Part shown: one piece after another, positions 39,778-50,166 of the stretch
Layout of the letters: each line of letters begins with the position of its first letter
Position numbering within the stretch: position 1 is the stretch's first letter
NCBI GenBank assembly: GCA_963695095.1
Contig: CAVOFT010000001.1
Coordinates: forward strand, 800,001-864,000
Length of the DNA stretch: 64,000 nucleotides
Source: an uncultured bacterium
GTDB lineage: Bacteria > Krumholzibacteriota > Krumholzibacteriia > JACNKJ01
Direction: 5' to 3'
The notes under the pieces: generated by a model
The model's input: the letters and a program-made list of their open reading frames with translations, nothing else
Databases searched by the model: none
Told to the model about the DNA's origin: nothing
Made by a program: the position numbers and the translations under genes

Positions 39778-42271
39778 GCCTCGGCCTCCCGCGTCCAGGC
39801 CGCCACGCGCGCACCGGCGCCGAAATCCCAGACCGGCGCCCAGGCCAGCTCCAGCCAGTCCACGCGCAGATCGCTCTTGCGGGGAGCCAGCTCGCGCTGC
39901 GTCACGGCCCCCTGCAGATCTTCCCAGCGCGCGGCGATGGCCGCAGCGTCCTCGCCGAGCTTCGTCTCCAGCGCGGCGATCTCCTGCTGGAGGCGGGCGA
40001 TCTCCGCCTCGGACTCGGCGATGTTTCCGCGGGCGCGGCTCGTCATGCGGCGCTTGGTGGCGGCCGTGCTGAGACTGCGGCTGCGGCGGCCGAAGAGGCC
40101 GAGCATGCCGGCCAGGGTCTCGCCGGCGGCAATCAGCTCCTCGCGCTTGCGGCTCTCGTAGTTGGCGCGGTCCTCGCCCAGCTCGCGCTGTTCGCGGTCC
40201 AGGCGGGTCTGCAGCCGCCCGATGGCGAGCTCCGCCCGCTCGCGCAGCTTGGCCACCTCGGCGTCGCGGCGCTCGCGGGCGACCTGCCTCACGCGGGCGC
40301 GGAAGCTGGGCTCGTCCTCGTCGGGCTCGCTGGAGAGCTTCAGCGGCGGGCAGCTGAAGACGGCCAGGCGCTCGCCCCGCGCGAGCTGGTCCTTGAAGGC
40401 GCGGGCCTGGGCCTTGAGGAAGACCGCGCTGGCCAGGGGCGCGGGCAGGGGCGCGAAGCCGCCGGCGGCGGCAGGCGGCGCCAGGACGAGATCGGCTGCG
40501 GCCAGGTCCACGGGCAGGGCCGCCGACCAGTCGGGCACGGGGCCGAGCGCGTCGGTGGGCAGCAGCAGGCCGAGCGCCCGCTGCTCGTCGATGCCGCGAC
40601 GGCTGTCGACGAAGCTCAGCGCTCCCAGGCCGAGCAGGCCCGGCTCCCAGACGAGCCCGGCGGCGCCCTCGTCCACCGGCCGGCCATGCCGGCGCGAGAG
40701 GGCCAGGGCGGCGCTCTGGGCCGTGACGCGCAGGGGCAGGAAGCACTGGTTGCGCCCCGGTGGCAGCAGCGGCGGCGCATCCGCGAGGCCGGCGCTCCCG
40801 GCAGCGCTCGCCGCGGCGACGCCGCCCCCGGCCGCGGCGTCGGCCGTCGCCGAGGCCGCCGGGCCGGCGCCCGCCGCCGGCAGCAGGCGGCTGATCTGCT
40901 CGCGGGTCAGGGGGCCGGCGAGATAGGAGAGCGCCCAGCGCGAGGCGAAGAGCCGCGGCGCCGGCGCGTGGACGCTGCGCAGCAGGAACTGCCGGCCCTT
41001 CAGCCCCGCGATCAGCACGTCCGCCCGCGCGCGGTCCCAGCCGGCGGCGCCCGCGCCGGCGCTGTCGAGCCCATCGAGCAGGCGCTGCCGGTCGCGCTCG
41101 GTCTGCAGCTTGCCGATGAACCAGGTGCCGGCGTTCGAGAGCGCCTTGTAGTCCAGGTCCACGGGGTTCTGCGTCGTGAGCACGATGCCGAGCCCCGCCG
41201 CCCGCGCCTGCTTGAGCAGGGTGAGCAGGGGGCGTTTGCTGGGCGGCTCGGCCACGGGCGGCAGGTACCCAAAGACTTCGTCGATGTAAAGGAGCGCGCG
41301 CAGGCTGGTGGTGCCCGCCTGCCGGCGCTGCCAGGCCAGCACCTGCTCGAGCAGCAGGGTGACGAAGACCATGCGCTCCGTCTCGCTGAGGTGGGCGATC
41401 GAGAAGATCGACAGGCGCGGGCGGCCGTCGGGGGCCGTGAGCAGCGTGGCCGGATCCAGCGGCTCGCCCTGCATCCAGGCGCTGAAGGAGGGCGAGGCGA
41501 GCAGGGCGTTGAAGGCCATGGCGAGGGCGAAGCGCTCCTTGGCCGGGAAGAAGGTCTCCAGGTCGAAGACGCCCACGCGCTCGAGGCCGGGGTTCTGGAT
41601 GAGGCCGATCAGGCTCTCGAGGCCGAGCGCCTCGCCGGCCGCCCAGGCACGCTCCAGGAGCTGGGCGAGCAGGATGTGCTCGCGGTCCCGCAGGGGATCG
41701 GCGCTCACGCCGACCAGCCCGAGCAGCGCGCTCACGGTGCCGCGCACCTGGTCGCGCAGGGCCTCGCCCTCGGCACCGACGGGCGCGGCCAGCGAGGCGA
41801 GAATGGAAATCGGCAGGCCCGCGTCCGAGCCGGGCGTGTAGAGGCGCAGCTCGGCGGCCGCCTGCAGGCGCGCGATGCGATCGCCGTCCTGGCCCCAGTC
41901 GGCCAGGCCCTGCCGCCAGGTCGCGGCGGTCCTGGCGGCGAGTTCGTCCATGCTGTAATGCCCTGGCGGCGCGCCTCGTCGGCGTTCACCCAGGGCGCGA
42001 AGTCCGCGGGGGCGAGCGCGGGAAAGCCGAGCAGCAGGTTGCCGATGTCGCCCTTGGGATCGATGACGATGGCCGGCACGCCGTCGATGGCGGCCTCCTC
42101 GAGCAGGGCGAGGCAGAGGCCCGTCTTGCCCGAGCCCGTCATGCCCACGCAGACGGCATGCGTGCAGAAGTCGTTCGCGTCGAGCATGAGCGGCGCCTCG
42201 GCGCGGGCGCCGGTGGCGGGATCGAGCTCGCGGCCCAGGTAGAAGGCGCCCAGTTTCTCGGGAACTTGCAC
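39774..42271 (-). CDS. HerA/DUF87-like P-loop ATPase with coiled-coil C-terminus (frameshift ~41955)
   Basis: [14 protein letters not shown] and IDPKGD in the 41732..42271 frame; YTPGS.AG, YIDE and [20 protein letters not shown] in the 39774 frame. Confidence 0.8.
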
Positions 42272-42327
42272 GGCATCCTCCTCGGCGTGCTAGGCTGGCG
42301 GGACTCCAGCCGGCATGGTAGCGGAAG

Positions 42328-42825
42328 ATGCTCCCTGTGAGAACGAGAAGCTCGCGGCGCGCGCGGGGCCTGATCCTGGCTGCGCTGCTCGCCGCGGTCG
42401 TGCTGGCCCAGCGCTTCTGGGTGGAAGGGCGCGCGCCGGGGGCGCCGGCGCCCGTGCCGCGGGCCACGAGAACGCCCAGGGCAGCCAGCGCGCGGCCGGC
42501 AGGGACGGTGGAGGCGGCCTTCGCGGCGCGCGCGTCCGGCGTCTGGGTCGAGGTGGAGGGCAACGTGGAGCGCCTGCTCGCCGACGACAGGGAGGGCAGC
42601 CGCCACCAGCGCTTCATCCTGCGCCTGGCCTCGGGGCACACCCTGCTCGTGGCCCACAACATCGACCTCGCCCCGCGCCTGCCGCTGGCCGTCGGGGACG
42701 CGATCAGCGCCCGCGGCGAGTACGAGTGGAACGCGGAGGGCGGCGTCCTGCACTGGACGCACAAGGACCCTGCCGGACGCCGCCCCGGCGGCTGGATCGA
42801 GCACGCGGGCCGCCGCTACGAGTAG
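42328..42825 (+). CDS. DUF3465-like exported protein
   Basis: LLADD.EGSRHQRFI..AHNIDLAPR..GEYEWN..GG.HWTH.DP..GW; start uncertain. Confidence 0.75.
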   Translation: MLPVRTRSSRRARGLILAALLAAVVLAQRFWVEGRAPGAPAPVPRATRTPRAASARPAGTVEAAFAARASGVWVEVEGNVERLLADDREGSRHQRFILRLASGHTLLVAHNIDLAPRLPLAVGDAISARGEYEWNAEGGVLHWTHKDPAGRRPGGWIEHAGRRYE

Positions 42826-42902
42826 GGCTCAGCCCGGCCCGCGCCGGCCGGCGCGCAGGCGCGACCCTCGGTTGCGGAGCTAAGCGGCTTGTTCGGGCTC
42901 GC

Positions 42903-42931
42903 TTGCGCCTGGCCGGGGCAGGGGCTATCCT
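42903..42931 (+). promoter_or_regulatory. sigma70 promoter for the dusB-larBC run
   Basis: TTGCGC-N17-TATCCT. Confidence 0.45.
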
Positions 42932-42955
42932 GAGGAACCCAGCCGGAGGCAGCTC

Positions 42956-43954
42956 GTGGTCCACTCGTCCGCGAAGAAAGAGCGCACCCTGCGCCTGCGC
43001 GCCCTCGTCCGGGCGGGCGGCGCCGCCTGCGCGCCCATGGCCGGCGTCACGGACCGCCCCTTCCGCCGCATCTGCCGCCGCATGGGCTCCCTCTACGTGA
43101 CCACGGAGTTCATCTCGAGCGTGGGCCTGGCCCGCGGCCGCGAGAAGGTGCGGGCCATGGCGCTCTATGATGAGGAAGAGCGCCCCCTGGGCATCCAGCT
43201 CTTCGGCGCCGACCCGGCGGCGATGGCGGCCGGCGCCCGCGCGGCGGCGGCGCTGGGGCCGGACTTCATCGACATCAACTTCGGCTGCCCGGTGAAGAAG
43301 GTGACGCGCACGAACGGCGGCTCCTCCTGCATGCGCGACCTCGGCCTCATGGAGCGCATCATCCGCGCCGTGGACGAGGCGGTGGACCTGCCCGTCACCG
43401 TCAAGATCCGCGCCGGCTGGGACGAGTCCCTGCTGAACGCCCCCGAGGCGGCGCAGATGGCCGAGGCGGCCGGCGTCACCTGGGTGGCCGTGCACGGCCG
43501 CACGCGGGCCCAGCTCTACTCGGGCCGGGCCGACCTGGACATCATCCGCCGCACGCGCGAGGCGGTGGCGATTCCTGTCATCGGCAACGGCGACGTCGTG
43601 GACGGCCCGAGCTGGCAGCGCATGGTGGACGCGACCGGCGTCGACACGGCGGTCGTGGGCCGCGGGGCCATCGGCAATCCCTGGATCTTCGGCGAGATCG
43701 AAGCCTGGCGGCGGGGCCAGCCCTGGCAGGGGCCCACGCTCGAGGACCGCATCGATCTGCTCATCGCCCACATGGAGGACAAGGTGGCCGAGCAGGGTGC
43801 CTGGCGCGGCATCGTCGCCTTCCGCAAGCAGATGAGCATGTACCTGCGCGGCCTGCCTCGCGTGGCCGAGCTGCGCCGCGAGCTCTTCGCCCTCGACGAG
43901 CCCGCGGCCGTGCGCGCGCTGCTCGAGGACTATCGCGGCCGCAGCGCCGCCTAG
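42956..43954 (+). CDS. dusB: tRNA-dihydrouridine synthase B
   Basis: APMAGVTD.PFR, QLFG, DINFGCP, VKIRAGWD, HGRTR, NGD and GNPW.F. Confidence 0.9.
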   Translation: MVHSSAKKERTLRLRALVRAGGAACAPMAGVTDRPFRRICRRMGSLYVTTEFISSVGLARGREKVRAMALYDEEERPLGIQLFGADPAAMAAGARAAAALGPDFIDINFGCPVKKVTRTNGGSSCMRDLGLMERIIRAVDEAVDLPVTVKIRAGWDESLLNAPEAAQMAEAAGVTWVAVHGRTRAQLYSGRADLDIIRRTREAVAIPVIGNGDVVDGPSWQRMVDATGVDTAVVGRGAIGNPWIFGEIEAWRRGQPWQGPTLEDRIDLLIAHMEDKVAEQGAWRGIVAFRKQMSMYLRGLPRVAELRRELFALDEPAAVRALLEDYRGRSAA

Positions 43955-43968
43955 CGCAAGGAAGTTCA

Positions 43969-44754
43969 GTGGAGGAAGCGCGCATTCGCGAGCAGCTCGA
44001 GGGCCTGGCCGCCGGCCGGCTCAGCATCGAGCAGGCCCTGAGGGGCCTGGCCGGGCTGCACGTGGAGTCCCTCGGCCACACCCGCGTGGATCACCACCGC
44101 GCCCTGCGCACGGGCTTTCCCGAGGTCATCTACTGCGAGAGCAAGGAGCCGGGGCAGGTGGCCGAGATCGCCGTCGCCCTGGACGCGGCGGGCTGCCGCA
44201 TTCTCGGCACGCGGGCGCGGCGCGAGCACTTCGAGGCGGCGGCGGCCCGCGTGGAAGGGCTCGAGTACCACGAGCGGCCGCGGCTCTTCCTCAAGGGCCT
44301 GCCCGAGCGCGACGCCGCCAGCGGCCGCGTGCTGGTGGTCTGCGCGGGCACCAGCGACATTCCCGTGGCGGAAGAGGCCGCCTGGACGGCGCGCCTGGTC
44401 GGCGTGCACGTGGAGACCCTCTTCGACGCCGGCGTGGCCGGCGTGCACCGGCTCACCAGCCAGCGCGAGCTGCTGGACTGGGCCGACGCGATCATCGTCG
44501 TGGCGGGCATGGAGGGCGCCCTGCCCAGCGTGGTGGGCGGGCTCGTGCGCGTGCCGGTCGTCGCCGTGCCGACCAGCGTCGGCTACGGCGCTTCCTTCGG
44601 CGGCGTGGCCGCCCTGCTCGGCATGCTCAACAGCTGCGCCGTGGGGGTCAGCGTGATGAACATCGACAACGGCTTCGGCGCGGGGCTCGCCGCGGCGCGC
44701 TTCGCGCGCGCGCTGGGCGAAGCGGTCAAGCGCGATCGCGGGGAGCGGGCGTGA
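43969..44754 (+). CDS. larB: nickel-pincer cofactor biosynthesis carboxylase/hydrolase
   Basis: R.GFPEVI, AGTSD.PVAEEA, AGMEGALPSVV.GL, PTSVGYG and MLNSC..G..V.NIDNGFGA. Confidence 0.92.
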   Translation: MEEARIREQLEGLAAGRLSIEQALRGLAGLHVESLGHTRVDHHRALRTGFPEVIYCESKEPGQVAEIAVALDAAGCRILGTRARREHFEAAAARVEGLEYHERPRLFLKGLPERDAASGRVLVVCAGTSDIPVAEEAAWTARLVGVHVETLFDAGVAGVHRLTSQRELLDWADAIIVVAGMEGALPSVVGGLVRVPVVAVPTSVGYGASFGGVAALLGMLNSCAVGVSVMNIDNGFGAGLAAARFARALGEAVKRDRGERA

Positions 44755-46046
44755 GCGGGCACGAGCACGAAACGGCCCCCGGCGCCGCGCCGCGCTTCGC
44801 CGCCCGCGCGGAGCTGCTCTTTCCCGGCGCGAAGCGCCTGCTTTTCGTGGACGCGCCCAGCGGCATCGCGGGCGACATGTTCCTGGCCGCGCTGGCCGGG
44901 CTCGGCTTCGAGTTGGCGAGCCTGCAGGCCGCCTTCGCCCGCGCAGGCGTGCAGCTCACCCTTGCCGCCGAGCCCGTCACGCGCCACCACCTGGCGGGGC
45001 TGCACCTGCGGGCCGAGCTGCCCCACGAGCACGCGCACCGCGGCCTGCGAGATTGCCTCGATCTGCTCGCGCGGCTCGAGCTGCCGGCCCCGGCCACGGC
45101 GCTCGCCGCCCGCTGCTTTCGACGCCTGGCCGAAGTGGAGGCCGCGCTCCACGCCACCAGCCCCGAGCGCGTGCACTTCCACGAGGTGGGGGCCATGGAC
45201 TCCCTGCTCGACATCGCGGGGGCGGCCGCGGGCCTCGCCGCGCTGGGCGTCGGGCGCGTCTACCTGCGCGAGCTGGCGGTGGGCCACGGCACGGTGAAGA
45301 CGGCCCACGGCCTGCTGCCGGTGCCCGCGCCCGCCACGCTCGCGCTCCTCGCGGGCTTTCCCCTGCGCGAGACGGACGTCGAGGCCGAGCTGGTGACGCC
45401 GACCGGCGCGCTCATCCTCGCCGAAACGGCCGCGCCCGCACCGCTGGGCCTCGCCTGGCGGCCCCTGGCCACGGCCTATGGCGCCGGCACGCGGGAGATC
45501 CCGGGCCGGCCCAACCTGCTGCGCCTCACCCTGGCCGAAGCGCTGCCGGCCGCCGGCGAGGACGGCCTCCTCCACCGCGAGCTGCCGCTGCTCCGCTGCA
45601 CGGTGGACGACATGAGCGCCGAGCGTTGCGGCTATCTCATGGAGCGGCTCTTCGAGGCCGGCGCCCTGGACGTGCACTTCCGCCCGCTGCAGATGAAGAA
45701 GAACCGGCCCGGCATCGAGATCGAGGTGCTGGCGAGCGAGGACGCCGATCTGCTCGCCCGCCTGCAGGGCCTGCTCTTCACCGAGACCAGCACGCTGGGC
45801 CTGCGCATCGCGCGCGAGGAGCGCGTGGAACTGCCACGGCACTTCGAGCGCGTGACCACGCCCTTCGGCGAGGTGACGATGAAGGTGGCCAGGCTTCCCG
45901 GCGGCGCGCGCCGGGCGGCGCCCGAGTACGAGGACTGCGCACGGCTGGCCCGCGCCAGCGGCCGGCCCCTGGCCGACATCGAGGAAGCGGCGCGCAGCGC
46001 CTGGGCGCGCCGCCAGAAAGACGACCCCATGGAGGAATCCCGGTGA
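44751..46046 (+). CDS. larC: nickel-pincer cofactor nickel insertase
   Basis: SGIAGDM, VHFHEVGA.DS, HG.LPVPAPAT, ELVTPTGA, MKKNRPG, ET.TLG.R and PEYEDC. Confidence 0.92.
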   Translation: MSGHEHETAPGAAPRFAARAELLFPGAKRLLFVDAPSGIAGDMFLAALAGLGFELASLQAAFARAGVQLTLAAEPVTRHHLAGLHLRAELPHEHAHRGLRDCLDLLARLELPAPATALAARCFRRLAEVEAALHATSPERVHFHEVGAMDSLLDIAGAAAGLAALGVGRVYLRELAVGHGTVKTAHGLLPVPAPATLALLAGFPLRETDVEAELVTPTGALILAETAAPAPLGLAWRPLATAYGAGTREIPGRPNLLRLTLAEALPAAGEDGLLHRELPLLRCTVDDMSAERCGYLMERLFEAGALDVHFRPLQMKKNRPGIEIEVLASEDADLLARLQGLLFTETSTLGLRIAREERVELPRHFERVTTPFGEVTMKVARLPGGARRAAPEYEDCARLARASGRPLADIEEAARSAWARRQKDDPMEESR

Positions 46047-46858
46047 GATTCGTGACCCACGCCAAGCTGCGCCTCTTGCCGGCGCTGATTGCCATCGCGC
46101 TCCTGGCGCCCGCCTGCAGCCAGAAGCAGGCCCCGCCGCGGGGCTCGACGACCAAGCCCGCCCGGACCTCGCCCTTCGATCTGCCGGACGAGGCGCCGCC
46201 CCGCGAGCCCGGTCTCGTGCATCTCGTCAAGACGGGCGAGACCTGGGCCGCCCTCGCCGAGGACTACTACGGCGACGCCGACCGCGCCCGCGGCCTGCGC
46301 CGCGCCAATCCCGACAACGCCGCGGAGCCCGCGCCCGGGGAGGAGGTCTTCATCCCCTTCACGGCGCGCGAGCGAAGCGCCTACGCAGAGCGCGCCGAGG
46401 CGCGCGGGCCCTACAATCGCGGCCTCGAGCTGGCGCAGGCGGGCGAGTACCCCGACGCGATTCTCAAGTTCGAGGAGGCGATCGAGCGCGATCCCCGCCT
46501 CGCGCGCGCCCACTACAACCTGGGCCTCGTCTACCAGCGCGCGGGGCAATCGCGGCGAGCGGTGTCCAGTCTCCAGAAGGCCAGCGAGCTGACGCCCAGC
46601 GCCGACTACCGCTATGCCCTCGGTCTCGCCCTGCACGAGGTGGGCGAGATGGGCAAGGCCGAGCGCGCCTTCCGTTCCGCCCTCGAGCTGGACCCGGCCC
46701 ACTTGCCGAGCCTCTATGCGCTGGCCCGCGCGCTCGACGAGCGCGAGAGCGGCGAGGCGGATCGCTACTGGCGCGCCGTGCTGGCCGCCGACCCCGAGGG
46801 CGCGCGCGGGCGCGAGGCCGCCGAGGCCCTGGGCCTGTCGCTGCAGCAGGAGCCCTGA
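46043..46858 (+). CDS. LysM + TPR lipoprotein
   Basis: Lipobox APAC; LysM-like 'HLVKTGETW..LA..YYGD...L.RAN'; TPR motifs AHYNLG and YRYALG. Confidence 0.75.
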   Translation: MRFVTHAKLRLLPALIAIALLAPACSQKQAPPRGSTTKPARTSPFDLPDEAPPREPGLVHLVKTGETWAALAEDYYGDADRARGLRRANPDNAAEPAPGEEVFIPFTARERSAYAERAEARGPYNRGLELAQAGEYPDAILKFEEAIERDPRLARAHYNLGLVYQRAGQSRRAVSSLQKASELTPSADYRYALGLALHEVGEMGKAERAFRSALELDPAHLPSLYALARALDERESGEADRYWRAVLAADPEGARGREAAEALGLSLQQEP

Positions 46859-46880
46859 GCATGCGCGGAGGCCGCCTGCG

Positions 46881-48299
46881 ATGAGCACCCTCATCGAGGC
46901 GCGGGGCCTCAGGGTGATCCGCGGCGGCCGGCGCTTGCTCGATGATGTGGATCTGAGCCTGCGCGCGGGCGAGCACTGGCTCCTCTGGGGCGCCAACGGC
47001 TCGGGCAAGACCACTCTGGCCCGCGTGCTCGCGGGCTTCCTGGCGCCCGATGCGGGCAGCCTGGCCTACGCCGCCGGGCTCGAGCCGCCGCTGCCCCTGC
47101 TCGTCGCCGATCCCGATGCCCAGCTCGCCGCGGCCAGCGTGCGCGACGAGGTGGCGCTCGGCGCGCGCCGTCCGGGGGAGCCGCGGCTCGACCGATCGGG
47201 ACGCGGGCCGGCGGCGGCGCGCATCGGCGCCGCGCTGGCCAACTATCGTCTCGAAGCGCTGGCCGCGCGCAATCCGCACGCCCTCTCGGGGGGCGAGAAG
47301 CGGCGGCTCAATCTCGCTGCCCTCGCCGTGCTCGAGGCGCCGCTGCTCATCCTCGACGAGCCCGAGCTGCACCTGGACCCGCCCTCCTGGCAGGGCTGCT
47401 GTGCGCTGCTGGCAGCGTGGCGGGCTGCCGGTGAAGGCCGCACGCTGCTCGAGATCAGCCGCGACCCCGCGCGCGCGCTCCTCGCCGATCGCCTGCTGGT
47501 GCTGCACGAAGGGCGCCTCGTCGGCGCCGGTCCGCCGCGCGAGGTCTACGCGGCGCTCAGCGGCCAAGGCCTGCCGATCCCGCGCGTGGCGGCCTGGGAG
47601 CCGTCTTCGCCCGCGCCGCCCGCGCCGCCGCTACCCGCACCTGGCGCGCCCCTGCTCCGGGCCGAGGGCCTGCGTCTCGCGCGCCCCGGCGGCGGCGCGC
47701 CCGTGCTCGCGGGGCTGGAACTCACGATCGCCACGAATGAGCGCCTGCTCCTGCTCGGCGACAACGGCAGCGGCAAGAGCGCCCTGCTCACGATCCTGGC
47801 GGGGCTCGCCGATCCCGAGGGCGGCCGCCTCTGGTACGATCCCGCCGCCCAGCCCGCCGCCCTCGCTTTTCAGGAGCCGGAGCGGGTATGCTTCGCCGAG
47901 CGCGTCGAGGACGAGGTGGCCTTCGGGCCCCGGCGGCGGCAGGGACTCGGCGGCGAGGCGCTGGCGGCGCGCGTCCAGGGCGCGCTGGCGGCCATGGGCC
48001 TGCCGCCGGCGGACTTCGCCGCGCGGGACCCCTTCCGGCTCTCGGCCGGCGAGCAGCGGCGGGTGGCCCTGGCCAGCGTGATGGCCTTGGCTCCTGGCCT
48101 GCTGCTTCTCGACGAGCCGGGCGCGGGCCTGGACGCCGAGGGCTGGGCCAAGCTGCTCGCCGCGTTGGCCGCCTGGCCAGGCGCGCTCGTCTGGGCCGAT
48201 TGCCGGCCGCCCGTCGGGGCCGAGCAGAGCTTTCATCGCTGCCTGCGCCTCCGGGCCGGGCGGCTCGAGCCCGCCGCGGCGGGTGGAGGGGAGGCCTGA
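46881..48299 (+). CDS. ECF-type ABC ATPase with two fused NBDs
   Basis: GANGSGKT/LSGGE/DEP and GDNGSGKS/FQEPE/LSAGEQRRVALA/DEP. Confidence 0.8.
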   Translation: MSTLIEARGLRVIRGGRRLLDDVDLSLRAGEHWLLWGANGSGKTTLARVLAGFLAPDAGSLAYAAGLEPPLPLLVADPDAQLAAASVRDEVALGARRPGEPRLDRSGRGPAAARIGAALANYRLEALAARNPHALSGGEKRRLNLAALAVLEAPLLILDEPELHLDPPSWQGCCALLAAWRAAGEGRTLLEISRDPARALLADRLLVLHEGRLVGAGPPREVYAALSGQGLPIPRVAAWEPSSPAPPAPPLPAPGAPLLRAEGLRLARPGGGAPVLAGLELTIATNERLLLLGDNGSGKSALLTILAGLADPEGGRLWYDPAAQPAALAFQEPERVCFAERVEDEVAFGPRRRQGLGGEALAARVQGALAAMGLPPADFAARDPFRLSAGEQRRVALASVMALAPGLLLLDEPGAGLDAEGWAKLLAALAAWPGALVWADCRPPVGAEQSFHRCLRLRAGRLEPAAAGGGEA

Positions 48300-49134
48300 G
48301 GGCTTGAGGCGGGTCTACCAGAACGTGAAGCACTATCTGCGCTTTCTCGCGCGCGAGTACCAGCGTGACCGCTGTGCGCAGGCTGCGGCCGCGCTGGCCT
48401 TCGGCACCCTGCTCAGCCTGGTGCCCCTGGCCGCCCTGCTCGGCTGGCTGACGCGGCCCTTCCACCGCTACATTTCCAATCCCCTGGACCAGGTGGCGCC
48501 CTTCTTCACGCCGACGCCGCGCCTGCAGGAGATCATCAGCGGCAGCGTGGAGCGCTACACGGGCAACGCCACGCAGCTCGGCTTGATCGGCCTGCTGTTC
48601 TTCCTGCCTGTGGCCTGGGGCATGCTCGCCTCGGTGGAGAGCGTGATCAACGACATCTGGCACGTGCAGCGACGGCGCGGGCACTTCCGCCGCCTCGCGC
48701 ACTTCTGGGCGGCGGTGATCTTCGCGCCGCTGCTCTTCTTCGCCAGTGCGACGCTCAGGCAGGCCATCAACCGGGCGATCATCTTGGAGGGCCTCACCGA
48801 TTCGCGCGCGGTGAACTGGCTCCTGGCCGACGCCCTGCCCTTCCTGCTGCTCGTGGCTTCGGCGACCCTGGCCTACTGGATCCTGCCCAACAAGCACGTG
48901 CGCTTCGGCTCGGCCGTGCTGGGCGGTGCCGTGACGGCCATGCTCTATCACCTCGTGCGCTGGGGCTTCGGGCTCTACGTCTCGAAGATCGGCGCTTACG
49001 ACCGCATCTACGGCCTGCTGGGCGTGATCCCGGCTTTCCTCATCTGGCTCTTCCTGGTGTGGTCGGTGGTGCTGCTCGGCGCCGAGGTGGCCTACAGCGC
49101 CCAGCATCCCTGGGACGAAGAGCCGCCGCGCTGA
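48283..49134 (+). CDS. YihY/BrkB family inner membrane protein
   Basis: AAALAF.TLLSLVP, E..INDIW and Y.RIYG.LG.IP.FL.WL...W..VL.GAE. Confidence 0.88.
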   Translation: MEGRPEGLRRVYQNVKHYLRFLAREYQRDRCAQAAAALAFGTLLSLVPLAALLGWLTRPFHRYISNPLDQVAPFFTPTPRLQEIISGSVERYTGNATQLGLIGLLFFLPVAWGMLASVESVINDIWHVQRRRGHFRRLAHFWAAVIFAPLLFFASATLRQAINRAIILEGLTDSRAVNWLLADALPFLLLVASATLAYWILPNKHVRFGSAVLGGAVTAMLYHLVRWGFGLYVSKIGAYDRIYGLLGVIPAFLIWLFLVWSVVLLGAEVAYSAQHPWDEEPPR

Positions 49135-49310
49135 GCGGGCGGCCCGGATCGCGCTTTCTGCCCGGCGCTTCAATACAAAAAAAAATCAGAGTGCAAGGTC
49201 CGGTAGTCTGCGATCGGCAGGGCCTGCGTGCCGGCCCTGATTTTGCCGCAGTCCTGACATCCGGCCGCCGCGCGCGGCGCGGCGGCAGTCGCCTCTGATT
49301 GTCGCTCGTG

Positions 49311-49339
49311 TTGACAGGGAAGCTGAGTCGTGGCAAACT
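49311..49339 (+). promoter_or_regulatory. possible sigma70 promoter
   Basis: TTGACA-N17-CAAACT with extended TG. Confidence 0.45.
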
Positions 49340-49469
49340 CAAACATCGAGTGCATGTGTGAGAGGAACCCTGGCGGGAGGCACGTCTTGCGTCGATCGAC
49401 GAAGGCGGACCCGACTTGGCTGTCGCACCCCGGCCCAGCGCCCTGGAGATGGGCGCGAGGAGAGCAGCG

Positions 49470-50039
49470 ATGAACATGGGACGCCGTTCGCAAATTCTCG
49501 TCGCCGCGCTGAGCGCGGTCGCGGGCTTGGTCGGGAGCTCGGTGGCCGCGACCCCATGGCAGACCCTGACCCTGGGGCTGGGCGAGCGCGAGATCATCAT
49601 GCCGGCCGAGTGGGCGGGAATCTGGCAGGTCCAGACCGACAGGATCGATTGCGAAACCCTGGCCGTACTGAATTCGATCACCGAGGAAGACACCACCTGC
49701 GCGGGCGATGTCTTCATTTACGACGCGGGGGAGGGCGAGTTCACCTGCACGGAGAGCGTCAACGGGAACACGTTGACCATCTCTTGCTCGGGTACGTTCC
49801 CGCTCGACGAGGGCTGTGACATCGTGTCCCAGTTCGACCTGACGATCACTCGCAGCGATGACAGCTTCGCCGGTGCTCAGATCCTGACGCAGACGACCCA
49901 GGGCGAGGGCTGCGAATTCCCGTTCTCGATGTGCGACCGCTACGAGTTCACTGGCACGCGCATCGGGCCGCCGCCTGCGTCCTGCTTCACCCCCGTCGAG
50001 ACGCGCTCCTGGAGCACGATCAAGGTGCTCTACCACTAG
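49470..50039 (+). CDS. secreted Cys-rich hypothetical protein with C-terminal SWSTIKVLY tail
   Basis: Signal peptide, 8 Cys, ends TPVETRSWSTIKVLYH; SD GAGGAG. Confidence 0.75.
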   Translation: MNMGRRSQILVAALSAVAGLVGSSVAATPWQTLTLGLGEREIIMPAEWAGIWQVQTDRIDCETLAVLNSITEEDTTCAGDVFIYDAGEGEFTCTESVNGNTLTISCSGTFPLDEGCDIVSQFDLTITRSDDSFAGAQILTQTTQGEGCEFPFSMCDRYEFTGTRIGPPPASCFTPVETRSWSTIKVLYH

Positions 50040-50166
50040 CCCGTGGCCCCGCACGGAATGGGGCCGACCCTGCGCTGGGCAAACCCCTGGGCACGCTAGC
50101 CCACTGGCACTCGGCAAGACGCTGTGCTAGGCTCCCTCGTTGGCCAACCGACGAAGGGACGCACCC

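Noticed and set aside
49177..49186. A-run as a phase-variation tract
   Set aside because: It is intergenic just after yihY and not within a promoter spacer or CDS; no support for a switching role.
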